64,000 nucleotides of DNA from Candidatus Dormiibacterota bacterium (GTDB taxonomy: Bacteria > Chloroflexota > Dormibacteria > Aeolococcales > Aeolococcaceae). The DNA lies in contig CAVWEG010000007.1 of NCBI GenBank assembly GCA_963754015.1, positions 443,988-507,987 on the forward strand. The letters are read 5' to 3'. Positions 38,221 to 46,457 of the stretch are shown in pieces. Made by a program: the position numbers and the translations under genes. Under the pieces are notes generated by a model that saw nothing but the letters and a program-made list of their open reading frames with translations, did not search any database and was not told where the DNA came from. Within the stretch, counting starts at the first letter, position 1; the number at the start of each line of letters is the position of its first letter.

Positions 38221-39092
38221 GCGCGACCTGTGTAGATGCGGAGCAGCGTGCCAACCGTGGCACGCAGATGCCCGCGCTCGACAACCATGTCGACCATGCC
38301 GTGTCCGAGCAGGAATTCCGCGGTCTGAAAGCCGTCGGGCAACTTGTCGTGTGTGGCCTGCTCGATAACCCGACCACCGGCGAAACCGATACGCGCGCCG
38401 GGCTCCGCGATGATCGCGTCAGCCTGCACGGCGAACGACGCCGTGACGCCGCCGAAGCACGGGTCACCGAGGATGCTGATGTAAGGGAGACGGGCTGTCA
38501 TCACCTCGACCACGGCGGACGAGCAGCGCGCCATCTGCGCGAGGGATGCAATGCCTTCCTGCATGCGCGCGCCGCCGGACGTGCACACCGCGACGAGCGC
38601 GCGATCCTCGGCGACGGCGATCTCGCATCCGCGCGCGAAGATCTCGCCCGCGCCGCTGCCGAGCGATCCGCCGAGGAAGGCGAAGTCCATGCACGCGAGG
38701 ACGACTGGGTTGCTTTCCATTGACGCTCTGGCGACCTGGAACGCCTCATGCAGACCGGTTTTCTCGCGAGCCCGGGCGACCCGCTGGGGATAGGGGACGC
38801 CGTCATCGAAGCCGAGCGGATCGCGATCGCCGACGTCGAACGCCAGGACCTCCGCGGTTCCCGGATCAGCGAGTTGCTCGATGCGCTGCCTGGCGCCGAC
38901 GACACCGTGATGGCCGCACTCAGAGCAGACGTTGAGGTCGGCGGCGTAGCGGTCGGCGACGAAGCGGCGCTGGCACTGCGGGCAGGCGATCGTCCCGGCG
39001 GTTGGCGCGGTAGGACGGAGCTCCGGTCCTGGCGCCTGCAGCCTGCGGCGCGGCGGTTGCCGCCGCGACGTCACTGCGTCGGCGCGATCCAT
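38217..39092 (-). CDS. accD: Acetyl-CoA carboxylase carboxyltransferase beta subunit
   Basis: This is the C-terminal 291 aa of ORF 38217..39359, from MDRADAVTS. It has the Zn-ribbon CPQCQ...CSECGHH and MDFAFLGGSLGSGAGE. Confidence 0.9.
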   Translation of the reverse strand: MDRADAVTSRRQPPRRRLQAPGPELRPTAPTAGTIACPQCQRRFVADRYAADLNVCSECGHHGVVGARQRIEQLADPGTAEVLAFDVGDRDPLGFDDGVPYPQRVARAREKTGLHEAFQVARASMESNPVVLACMDFAFLGGSLGSGAGEIFARGCEIAVAEDRALVAVCTSGGARMQEGIASLAQMARCSSAVVEVMTARLPYISILGDPCFGGVTASFAVQADAIIAEPGARIGFAGGRVIEQATHDKLPDGFQTAEFLLGHGMVDMVVERGHLRATVGTLLRIYTGRA

Positions 39093-40087
39093 CGGAGAGC
39101 GATCCCGCCCCAGACAACCCCGGATCCGAAAGCGATGCAGACGATTCGGTCGCCCTGGTGCACCCTGCCGGTGGCGACTGCCTCGGCGAGCGCGATCGGG
39201 ATGGAAGCGCCGCTGGTGTTGCCGTAGCGGTCGATGTTGATGACCACCCGGTCGAGTGGCATGCCGAGCCGCTTGGCAACCGCCTCGATGATGCGCAGGT
39301 TGGCCTGGTGGGGGACGAGGAGGTCGACGTCCTCGAGTGCCCAGCCCGCCTCGTCGCAAACCCCGCGAGCCATCTCGGCCATGCGCTCGACGCCGAGGCG
39401 GAAGGTGCCCTTACCGTACATGCGGAGGCCGTTGTCGCTGTCCTCCTCGCCGGCTTTCGGCCCGTAATAGATGAGGTCGGCCTCGCTGCCGTCCGCGCCC
39501 CACTTGGCACTCTCGATGCCACCGTCGTCGGAGACACCGATGACCGCCGCGCCGGCACCGTCGCCGAAGAGGACGCAGGTCGACCGGTCCTTGTAGTCGA
39601 TGAGCGAGGTGAGCGCGTCGCCGGCGATGACCAGCACGCGGTTCATGCCCGAGGAGACGATAAGGCCGCGCGCGATCGTCACCCCATAGACGAAGCCCGC
39701 ACAGGCCGCCGCGATGTCGAAGGCCGGGATGCCGTCGAGGCCCATCCGGCGCTGCACCAGGCACGCGGTGGACGGGAGGGGCGTGTCCGGCGAGACCGTC
39801 GCGACGATGAGCGCGTCAACGCTGTCGACGCCGGCGGCCGCCATGGCGCGGCGCCCGGCTTCGGCGGCCATGATCGACGTGGTCATGCCCGATGAGACCT
39901 TGCGGCGCTCGCGGATGCCGGTCCGCTCGAGGATCCATGCGTCGGACGTGTCCACCATCGCCTCGAGGTGGGCGTTGGTGATGATTTCGTCGGGCACGTA
40001 CGAGGCGATGCCGAGGATCGCGGCGGTTCTGGTGGCGCCTGGTACGACGTCGGACGCTGCGGACGCTGGGGCGCGAAGGATCGCCAT
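39071..40087 (-). CDS. fabH: Beta-ketoacyl-ACP synthase III
   Basis: 338-aa ORF with active-site context AAACAGFVYG, HQANLRI and GNTSGASIP. Confidence 0.95.
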   Translation of the reverse strand: MAILRAPASAASDVVPGATRTAAILGIASYVPDEIITNAHLEAMVDTSDAWILERTGIRERRKVSSGMTTSIMAAEAGRRAMAAAGVDSVDALIVATVSPDTPLPSTACLVQRRMGLDGIPAFDIAAACAGFVYGVTIARGLIVSSGMNRVLVIAGDALTSLIDYKDRSTCVLFGDGAGAAVIGVSDDGGIESAKWGADGSEADLIYYGPKAGEEDSDNGLRMYGKGTFRLGVERMAEMARGVCDEAGWALEDVDLLVPHQANLRIIEAVAKRLGMPLDRVVINIDRYGNTSGASIPIALAEAVATGRVHQGDRIVCIAFGSGVVWGGIALRWIAPTQ

Positions 40088-40156
40088 CTGGACAGAAGCT
40101 TAAGCGAGGCCCGAGGGTTACGTCACCGATCCGCTGTTGTACGCTTCGCCGTCGAG

Positions 40157-40600
40157 ATGCTCGCGAGCCTGGTTGCGGTCAACAATCCGTTCCCGTTCTC
40201 GATCAGCGGGTTCACTGGACTCACGACCGCGCAGATCATCTCGTTCTTCATCGTCTTCGTCATCTTCAACTTCTACGTGGTCTTGCTCGTGATCGCGCTG
40301 GTGGGCTTCTACTTCACGTCGAAGCCCCGCCATGGCAAGACCCGGACGGCCGCGATCTGGCACTTCTACGCGGTCTGCTGGATGCTCCTCGCCTTCATCG
40401 GAACGGTCTGGGGGGCCCCGGCCGAGAAGACCTTCCTCGGCGGGACGGGGCTGGGGACGCTCGGGATCGGGCAGCGAGCGATCAACGAGTTCATCAGCAT
40501 GGGCTTCGCGTTCATCGCCGTCCTCTGCATGGCGACCGGCTTTGCGCTCGCCTCCCGCCAGAACCGCGCTCTCCGCGAGGAGGCGCTCGCCGCCGTCTGA
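40157..40600 (+). CDS. Hypothetical membrane protein (147 aa, 4 TM)
   Basis: In-frame ATG in ORF 39968..40600. Sequence reads MLASLVAVNNPFPFSISGF...IISFFIVFVIFNFYVVLLVIALVGFYF. Confidence 0.6.
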   Translation: MLASLVAVNNPFPFSISGFTGLTTAQIISFFIVFVIFNFYVVLLVIALVGFYFTSKPRHGKTRTAAIWHFYAVCWMLLAFIGTVWGAPAEKTFLGGTGLGTLGIGQRAINEFISMGFAFIAVLCMATGFALASRQNRALREEALAAV

Positions 40601-40632
40601 GCCCGCCGGCGACTACGGCTCAGCGGCAGTAA

Positions 40633-40751
40633 GGCGGGAGGGGACGGGCGGCACTCAGCGAATTTGGCCGCTTCCGAGAGAGCGCGACAATTTGCTTGCG
40701 CGAACGAGGGAGCGGACAAGCTGAGCACGGTGACGCCCGTCCCCTCCCGCC
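40633..40751. repeat. 119-nt rod-like inverted-repeat element (structured RNA, bidirectional terminator or MITE-like)
   Basis: Perfect 18-bp terminal arms ggcgggaggggacgggcg / cgcccgtcccctcccgcc. Nested inside are helices ctcagc/gctgag, ccgcttcc/gggagcgg (one G-U) and gcgcga/ttgcgc. It lies between convergent gene ends. Confidence 0.6.
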
Positions 40752-40802
40752 CGACCACTGCGCGTTGAGCCGGAGTCAGCGGTCTCAGCCGAACCGCGCT
40801 CG

Positions 40803-41303
40803 CTAACGGAGCGAGAAGGACAGGATCGAGGCGGGGTTGAGCAGCGCGAAGGCGCGCTGGACTGCGTGGGTCTCGTTGGTGATCGCCGTGATCCAGAGCG
40901 CCGAGAGGTTCGTCACGGGAAGGAAGTCCCCGGGGTGGCGCTCGAGGTGGTCCTGGAGGTCGTTGCCCGGCGACAGGTGGACGTCACCGACGAGCGAGAT
41001 GGCGGACGTGTTGATGGACGCCGCGTAGGAGACCGTCTCCCGCCACATCGCCGAGTTGCCGTCGGGGACCTCCTCGAGCGGGCAGACGAGGATGACCCCG
41101 GCCTTGGCGATGGTCACCCGCGGCTCGAGCCGGCTCAGCACGGGGTAGTTCGTCGACAGCGGTTCAGCCCGGGAGTTGCGCACCTGCAGGAACGCACCGA
41201 ACCGATTGATGCTGTCGCTGAGGCGTTCGGCGCCGATGACCTCGAGCTCGCCTGTCAACCGGATGAAGGTGCCGTAGATCTCGACCTCTCGCCATCCGCT
41301 CAC
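40803..41303 (-). CDS. Hypothetical protein with an internal tandem duplication (2 x about 83 aa)
   Basis: 166-aa ORF whose halves align: IRLTGELEV..RLSDSINRF.GAFLQVRNSRA..GVILVCPL versus ISLVGDVHL..DLQDHLERHPGDFLPVTNLSA..ASILSFSL. Confidence 0.6.
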   Translation of the reverse strand: MSGWREVEIYGTFIRLTGELEVIGAERLSDSINRFGAFLQVRNSRAEPLSTNYPVLSRLEPRVTIAKAGVILVCPLEEVPDGNSAMWRETVSYAASINTSAISLVGDVHLSPGNDLQDHLERHPGDFLPVTNLSALWITAITNETHAVQRAFALLNPASILSFSLR

Positions 41304-41416
41304 TGCTCCAAAAGGCTACTCCCCGGCAGGCGCCCCGGGGGGCTGCACGCAGATGCGCGTCAACGTCGCGCCGTGACGTATCCTTGCGCCGGTCCGACGC
41401 TCCAGACACAAGAGAT

Positions 41417-41551
41417 ATGGAACGCCTCATCGTCGCTCTCCGCACTGACTTCGGATGCTTTGCCATCATCGTGGTCTTCGTGGTGATCATGATTTCGGCG
41501 ATTGTGTTCGCCAATATCCTCACCCCCCCGGCAAGCAATCCACTCCTCTAG
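41417..41551 (+). CDS. Hypothetical 44-aa single-TM micro-protein
   Basis: My translation is MERLIVALRTDFGCFAIIVVFVVIMISAIVFANILTPPASNPLL. It lies 105 nt upstream of the Rieske gene on the same strand, with moderate GC3. Confidence 0.35.
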   Translation: MERLIVALRTDFGCFAIIVVFVVIMISAIVFANILTPPASNPLL

Positions 41552-41656
41552 CCGGATGAGCATTCGGCGTATTCGCGAGACGACGGGGGACGAGGCGGCG
41601 CGCGCTCATCGAGTCCGTACACTGTCGCCAGAAACTAACCCCCTCGTGAGGACTGC

Positions 41657-42325
41657 ATGGCGCTGAATCCGTACGAATCGACGCGAGGGAGGATGCGTGC
41701 TCGCGCCGAGACGACGCGACGCCAGTTCCTGATGATCATGGGCGGGCTCGCGGCCGCCGGCGCCGCGCTGTTCGGCGGCATCGAAGTCCTCCGCTTCATG
41801 TTCCCGGTCGCGTCAGACAACGCGCCGGCGCTCTTCAAGACTGCCTTCTCGTTTGCCGAGCTCACCGGCGGCGTCGTCGGTGGCAAGCCCGTGATCCCCG
41901 TCAACGTCCTGTCCGAGACCGACAAGCGGGTCACGGTCGTCCTCGACGACGCCGGCATCTACGCGGTGTACCTCGTCTGCACGCACCTCGGCTGCACGCC
42001 GAACTACGTCACCGACGTGACGACGGGATCCGGCGTGTCGGCGTCGGTCGCCGAGGCTCGCGGGGTCCGCACGTCCAATCAGCGCCTCCCCAACGGCTGG
42101 GCATGCCCGTGCCACGGGAGTCGATACTTCATCGATTCCACGAACTTCTACGGCCCGGCACCGCGTCCGATGGACTGGGTCAACATCGAGGTCACCCCGG
42201 ACGGGTTCTTCGCCGTCGATCGGGCGGCGCTCGTCGCGACTCGTGGCCCTGGCAACAATGTCGCGCCAGAATGGCGCCTGTTGGTCGACACCAAGAAAAG
42301 CAACGGCAAGACCCTCGGGGTCTGA
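41657..42325 (+). CDS. Rieske 2Fe-2S subunit of a cytochrome bc/b6c-type complex
   Basis: It has the Tat motif TRRQFLM and the cluster boxes CTHLGC and CPCHGS. Confidence 0.9.
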   Translation: MALNPYESTRGRMRARAETTRRQFLMIMGGLAAAGAALFGGIEVLRFMFPVASDNAPALFKTAFSFAELTGGVVGGKPVIPVNVLSETDKRVTVVLDDAGIYAVYLVCTHLGCTPNYVTDVTTGSGVSASVAEARGVRTSNQRLPNGWACPCHGSRYFIDSTNFYGPAPRPMDWVNIEVTPDGFFAVDRAALVATRGPGNNVAPEWRLLVDTKKSNGKTLGV

Positions 42326-42374
42326 TTGAGCTGATGTTGAGGAGGCGGGCATTGCACACCAGGGGTCGCGGTCG

Positions 42375-43106
42375 ATGAGCGCAACGCCGGGCCAGGCGAA
42401 CCCCGTTCGCGCGTTTGTCGCGCAGCTCTGGGGTTCGGTCTTCCGTCACGGTCTGCCGACCAACGACAAGGTCGCAGCCCGCACCGCGCTCACCAACTTC
42501 TTCCTGCACATCCACCCGGTGCGGGTCAAGAAGTCCGCGGTGCGCGTGTCCTACACGTTGTGCCTCGGCGGCCTCTCGTTCTTCCTCTTCATCCTGCTGA
42601 CGATCACCGGCCTCTTCCTCATGTTCTATTACATCCCGTCGGTGGATTCGGCGTATCAGAACGTCAAGGATCTGCAGTTCGTCGCGGTGTTCGGCGACAT
42701 CATCCGCAACATGCATCGCTGGGCCGCGCACGGCATGGTGATCACGGTCTGGCTGCACATGGCGCGCGTCTTCTATCAGGGCGCGTACAAGCCGCCGCGG
42801 GAGTTCAACTGGGTGATCGGCACCTTCCTGTTGCTGATCACGCTCCTGCTGTCCTTCTCCGGTTACCTGCTGCCCTGGGACCAGCTCGCCATCTGGGCGA
42901 TCACGGTCGGCACCAACATGGCGAAGTACGCGCCGATCGTCGGCCCGTACACCAGATACCTCCTGCTCGGTGGCGATCAGGTAGCACAAGGCGCTCTGAT
43001 TCGGTTCTACGTCTTACATGTCATCGCCCTGCCCCTCGTCGGCTTCTTGCTGATGGTCGTACACTTCTGGCGCGTCCGTAAAGACGGGTTCACTGGAGGC
43101 CTCTGA
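42375..43106 (+). CDS. Cytochrome b6-like subunit (N-terminal four-helix haem-binding half of cytochrome b)
   Basis: 243 aa. Haem-ligand contexts are [11 protein letters not shown] and [21 protein letters not shown]. Confidence 0.9.
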   Translation: MSATPGQANPVRAFVAQLWGSVFRHGLPTNDKVAARTALTNFFLHIHPVRVKKSAVRVSYTLCLGGLSFFLFILLTITGLFLMFYYIPSVDSAYQNVKDLQFVAVFGDIIRNMHRWAAHGMVITVWLHMARVFYQGAYKPPREFNWVIGTFLLLITLLLSFSGYLLPWDQLAIWAITVGTNMAKYAPIVGPYTRYLLLGGDQVAQGALIRFYVLHVIALPLVGFLLMVVHFWRVRKDGFTGGL

Positions 43107-43663
43107 TGGCAACTGTTGTCGAGGGAGGACGCGACCCGCGCGGGACACCGAGCCCGCGTCCGCAGGCGCCCATCTCGGGTCCTGAGCTTGCCAGCACGCC
43201 GCTAATCATCCGGCGGCGCGAGGACGAGGAGACGGTGGTCACCTTCCCGTACCTCGTCTGGCGGGAGTTCCTGGCCGGCCTTGCCGCTTTCGTGTTCCTG
43301 CTGCTGGTGTCGATCCAGATCAACGCGCCGCTGCTGCAGCGCGCCAACACCTCGATCACGCCGAACCCGGCCAAGGCGCCCTGGTACTTCGTCGGATTGC
43401 AGGAGCTCCTCGAGCGCTTCCCGCCGATCATGGCCGGCGTCGCGTTCCCGAGCTTCGTGATCATCTTCATGATCCTGACCCCGTACCTCGACCGCAATCC
43501 CAGCCGGCGCCCCCAGGACCGTAAGGTCGCGATCGTGCTCTTCACCGTCTACGTCTGTCTCGCCGTGGCGTTCGTCGTCATTGGCGAGTTCTTTCGCGGC
43601 CAGGCCTTCAACTGGGACTGGACACTGATCCTCGGCCATCCCGGACTGAGCTCGCCCGTATGA
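43106..43663 (+). CDS. Subunit IV-like protein (C-terminal half of cytochrome b)
   Basis: 185 aa. It has a PEWY-region variant PAKAPWYFVGLQELL and 3 TM helices. Its start overlaps the cytochrome b stop. Confidence 0.85.
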   Translation: MATVVEGGRDPRGTPSPRPQAPISGPELASTPLIIRRREDEETVVTFPYLVWREFLAGLAAFVFLLLVSIQINAPLLQRANTSITPNPAKAPWYFVGLQELLERFPPIMAGVAFPSFVIIFMILTPYLDRNPSRRPQDRKVAIVLFTVYVCLAVAFVVIGEFFRGQAFNWDWTLILGHPGLSSPV

Positions 43664-44667
43664 GGACGCGGCTCATCTTTGTCGGGCTCAGCGTCGCGCT
43701 GCTCGCGCTCGTCGCCTGGGCCGCGTTCAAGGACACATCGAGCCGCGGCTACATCGCCATCCAGGAGCAGTACCAGAAGGACTACCCGAGCTCGGACTTC
43801 AACGTCCAGATCCAGCAGCTCTTCCCGAGCTTTCCCGAGGCGACCATCGAAGGCGACACGTACCGCGTGGAGCGCTGCATCTCGTGCCACGTCCCCGACA
43901 TCGGGACGATCGGCCCGGTTGCGGCCGCGCAACGTCTCAGCCAGGACTTCTTCAAGTACGAGCCCGACGCGAAGCAGCTCGCCTCCGAGTACCACCTCAC
44001 GGGCGAGCATCCCGCGTACGTCACCGTGAACGGCGGCAACTACCCGGCGTCGGAAAGCTACGCGCAGTACGGCGCGGACGGGTTCACATCGTTCACCTAC
44101 ACGCCGTACACGGCGCCCGGGCAGCCGGTTGCCAAGCCGGTGACCGTCGAGCAGCCCGGACCGCTCCCGTCATTCCTCAACCCCGCGACGAACTACGGCG
44201 GCAACGGCACCGCGACCGGACAGCTCGGCATCGACCAGATCGGCTGCATCGTGTGCCACAACGGCAACCGCCTTGGGCTCGATGAGACCGACGCGCACCA
44301 GAACCTCATCATCAACCCGGTCTACGCATTCACCGAAGGGGCGCAGCTCTACTACCAGAACTGCGCGCGCTGCCACGGTGGCCTCGGTGAGGGCGGCGCG
44401 GGTCCGCCCCTCAACAACCAGGACCGCCTCGGGTACTTCAACGAGGACTACTACTACCGGTGCATCGAGTACGGCTTCACCGGCTTCGAGCACTACAGCA
44501 GCATCATGCCGAACTGGGGCGCCATCGCCAACGACTACGCGGCCAACGGCTCACCGCCTCCAGGCGCCGGCGCGATCGTCAACCACACCCGCGTCCTGAG
44601 TGAGACTCAGATCAATATCCTCATCCAGTTCATCAGACAGTGGGAGAACTACACCACCCTGCCATGA
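43660..44667 (+). CDS. Membrane-anchored c-type cytochrome with three CxxCH motifs
   Basis: It has an N-terminal TM/signal segment and the motifs CISCH, CIVCH and CARCH. Its start overlaps the previous stop (ATGA). Confidence 0.85.
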   Translation: MRTRLIFVGLSVALLALVAWAAFKDTSSRGYIAIQEQYQKDYPSSDFNVQIQQLFPSFPEATIEGDTYRVERCISCHVPDIGTIGPVAAAQRLSQDFFKYEPDAKQLASEYHLTGEHPAYVTVNGGNYPASESYAQYGADGFTSFTYTPYTAPGQPVAKPVTVEQPGPLPSFLNPATNYGGNGTATGQLGIDQIGCIVCHNGNRLGLDETDAHQNLIINPVYAFTEGAQLYYQNCARCHGGLGEGGAGPPLNNQDRLGYFNEDYYYRCIEYGFTGFEHYSSIMPNWGAIANDYAANGSPPPGAGAIVNHTRVLSETQINILIQFIRQWENYTTLP

Positions 44668-44677
44668 GCACAGCACA

Positions 44678-44803
44678 GTGAAGCGCCGCAGCACGTTTGC
44701 GAGGGACCTGATCGGGACGCTCGTCGTCTTCGTCGGGCTGCTCGTGTTCACGTTCGTGCTCATCTACGGTGAGTTCCTCCTCGAGAACTTCAAGGCCCAC
44801 TGA
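44678..44803 (+). CDS. Hypothetical 41-aa single-TM micro-protein
   Basis: GTG start 11 nt after the cytochrome c stop. Sequence is VKRRSTFARDLIGTLVVFVGLLVFTFVLIYGEFLLENFKAH, with high GC3. Confidence 0.45.
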   Translation: MKRRSTFARDLIGTLVVFVGLLVFTFVLIYGEFLLENFKAH

Positions 44804-44804
44804 C

Positions 44805-44945
44805 ATGCTCGCGCTCCTCGGTCTGCAGAACTCGCTCTACCCCGGTGAGGCCGGCTGGGGCGATGTCCTCTTCGTCGCGATCTGGGCGTTCGGGACGCTG
44901 CTCCTTGCGGCCTACTACGTCTACCGGGCCTTCGTCAGCCGATGA
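44805..44945 (+). CDS. Hypothetical 46-aa single-TM micro-protein
   Basis: ATG lies 1 nt after the previous stop. Sequence is MLALLGLQNSLYPGEAGWGDVLFVAIWAFGTLLLAAYYVYRAFVSR, with high GC3. Confidence 0.45.
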   Translation: MLALLGLQNSLYPGEAGWGDVLFVAIWAFGTLLLAAYYVYRAFVSR

Positions 44946-44963
44946 GGCGGACGGCACAGGTGG

Positions 44964-45386
44964 GTGCCGGTGCCCTTGCGGTGTGTCGTGGCGCCAGTCA
45001 TGGCTGCTGACGCGCGCGGGGTGAAGCCCCTCCGCCAGCCCAACTCACAGTTCGCCGTGCTCCTGTCGATCGTCCCCGGGCTCGGTCAGCTCTACAACGG
45101 TCAGCCGCGCAAGGCGCTGTACTTCTTTCTGTGGACGGTCTTCACGATCGGCCCCGGGATCCTGCTCATCATCGCCGGCCAGTCGATCGGTCACGCGCTG
45201 CTCACCCGCCACCTCGGCGCTTTGTTCCTGCTCGTGGCGCTGGTGTCGGTGCTCGCCTTCCTCAGCCTCTTCATCGCGGGCCTCTTTCTCTGGGCGAGCT
45301 CCGCGATCGACGCGTGGCAGAGCGCCGGCGCGATCGGCCGCGGGGAGCCGGAGCTGGCGGCGCGCCGGCGGATGTTCCGCCTGTGA
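44964..45386 (+). CDS. Hypothetical membrane protein with a PGLGQLYNGQ motif
   Basis: 140-aa ORF with 3 TM helices. The start could instead be ATG 45000. Confidence 0.65.
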   Translation: MPVPLRCVVAPVMAADARGVKPLRQPNSQFAVLLSIVPGLGQLYNGQPRKALYFFLWTVFTIGPGILLIIAGQSIGHALLTRHLGALFLLVALVSVLAFLSLFIAGLFLWASSAIDAWQSAGAIGRGEPELAARRRMFRL

Positions 45387-45583
45387 GCCCCGCACTCCCG
45401 CGTGCCATGCTCTCGCGGTTGCGCAGGCGACAGCGTTCGACCGCGACCGGCGAGGTGCTGCCCGACCCGTCGGTGCCCCCGGGGAACCGTGGATCGTGGG
45501 ACCGCGCGGCGCTCATCAACACCGACATCACCGAGCTCGTGAAGCGCCAGATCCATACAAAGACGAAGCCATGGCAGAAGTGA
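45383..45583 (+). CDS. Hypothetical basic 66-aa protein
   Basis: This is the tail of track ORF 45131..45583. GTG overlaps the upstream stop (GTGA); an alternative start is ATG 45407. GC3 is high throughout (..RLRRRQRSTATGEVLPDP...ELVKRQIHTKTKPWQK). Confidence 0.35.
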   Translation: MSPALPRAMLSRLRRRQRSTATGEVLPDPSVPPGNRGSWDRAALINTDITELVKRQIHTKTKPWQK

Positions 45584-45620
45584 TCCGGAGCGTATCGGCG
45601 GGAGCAATCCCCGATCTGGT

Positions 45621-46457
45621 TTGCCCGCTCGAATGCCGCTATGCGATCATCCTGCCGCGCCCATGAACGTGCTCGCAGCGTCGACCTGTTGCGTCAACAA
45701 CGCCGGAGCGTTTGGCGACGGCGGAACCATCAGCGATCGAGCCCTCGGTGTGTACACCGCGGTGTTCTGGTCGTCGGTGGTTCTCGGTGTGCTCGTCACC
45801 GCCCTGCTCCTCTACGCGTTCGTGAAATTCCGGCGGCGCAGTGACGAGGACGATCCACCGCAGTTCCACGGCAACACGCGATTGGAGATCGCCTGGACGC
45901 TCGTGCCACTGGCGACGTTCCTCTCGCTCTTCGGCCTCACCGCGGTGAACATGCCGTTCATCAACAACGTCGCCGCCGATTCGCAGACCACGGTCACGGT
46001 CATCGGCCAGCAGTTCAGCTGGACGTTCGACTACGGCACGACCTCGAGCGGCGCCCGTATCCGCAGCTTCGGCACGCTGTACCTGCCGATGAACACGGAT
46101 GTGGGTCTGAACATCGTGTCCACGGATCCGCCGTGCAACGTGAAGCCGAACGTGCCGTCAGGCAGCACGCTGGCGCAGCAGCTCGCGAACGAGGGCTGCG
46201 GCGTCAACCACAGCTTCTTCGCGCCGTCGCTCGGACAGCAGATGAACGCCATTCCGGGCGACGTCAACACCGCGCCGATCGAGGCGCGCGAGGGCACGTA
46301 CTACGGTCAGTGCACCGAGCTGTGCGGCGTCGGCCACGCAACCATGGTCTTCACCGTCGTGTCGCTGCCGGTGAATCAATTCCAGTCGTGCGTGTTCGGT
46401 AATCCCAACGGAACGATCGACGCCACCAGCAAAGCGTGCACTCTCGGAGGATCCTGA
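45621..46457 (+). CDS. ctaC: Cytochrome c oxidase subunit II (CuA, no fused cytochrome c domain)
   Basis: It has two TM helices and the CuA motif [14 protein letters not shown]. There is a Cys-containing insertion [10 protein letters not shown]...NEGCGVNH. The start is ambiguous (45621, 45633 or 45663). Confidence 0.9.
   Translation: MPARMPLCDHPAAPMNVLAASTCCVNNAGAFGDGGTISDRALGVYTAVFWSSVVLGVLVTALLLYAFVKFRRRSDEDDPPQFHGNTRLEIAWTLVPLATFLSLFGLTAVNMPFINNVAADSQTTVTVIGQQFSWTFDYGTTSSGARIRSFGTLYLPMNTDVGLNIVSTDPPCNVKPNVPSGSTLAQQLANEGCGVNHSFFAPSLGQQMNAIPGDVNTAPIEAREGTYYGQCTELCGVGHATMVFTVVSLPVNQFQSCVFGNPNGTIDATSKACTLGGS

Noticed and set aside
40561-40801. 11-nt direct repeat gaaccgcgctc at 40561 and 40791, considered as a target-site duplication for the inverted-repeat element
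   Set aside because: The copies are 62 and 40 nt away from the inverted-repeat termini, not abutting them. One copy lies inside a coding sequence. I treated this as coincidence or unrelated.
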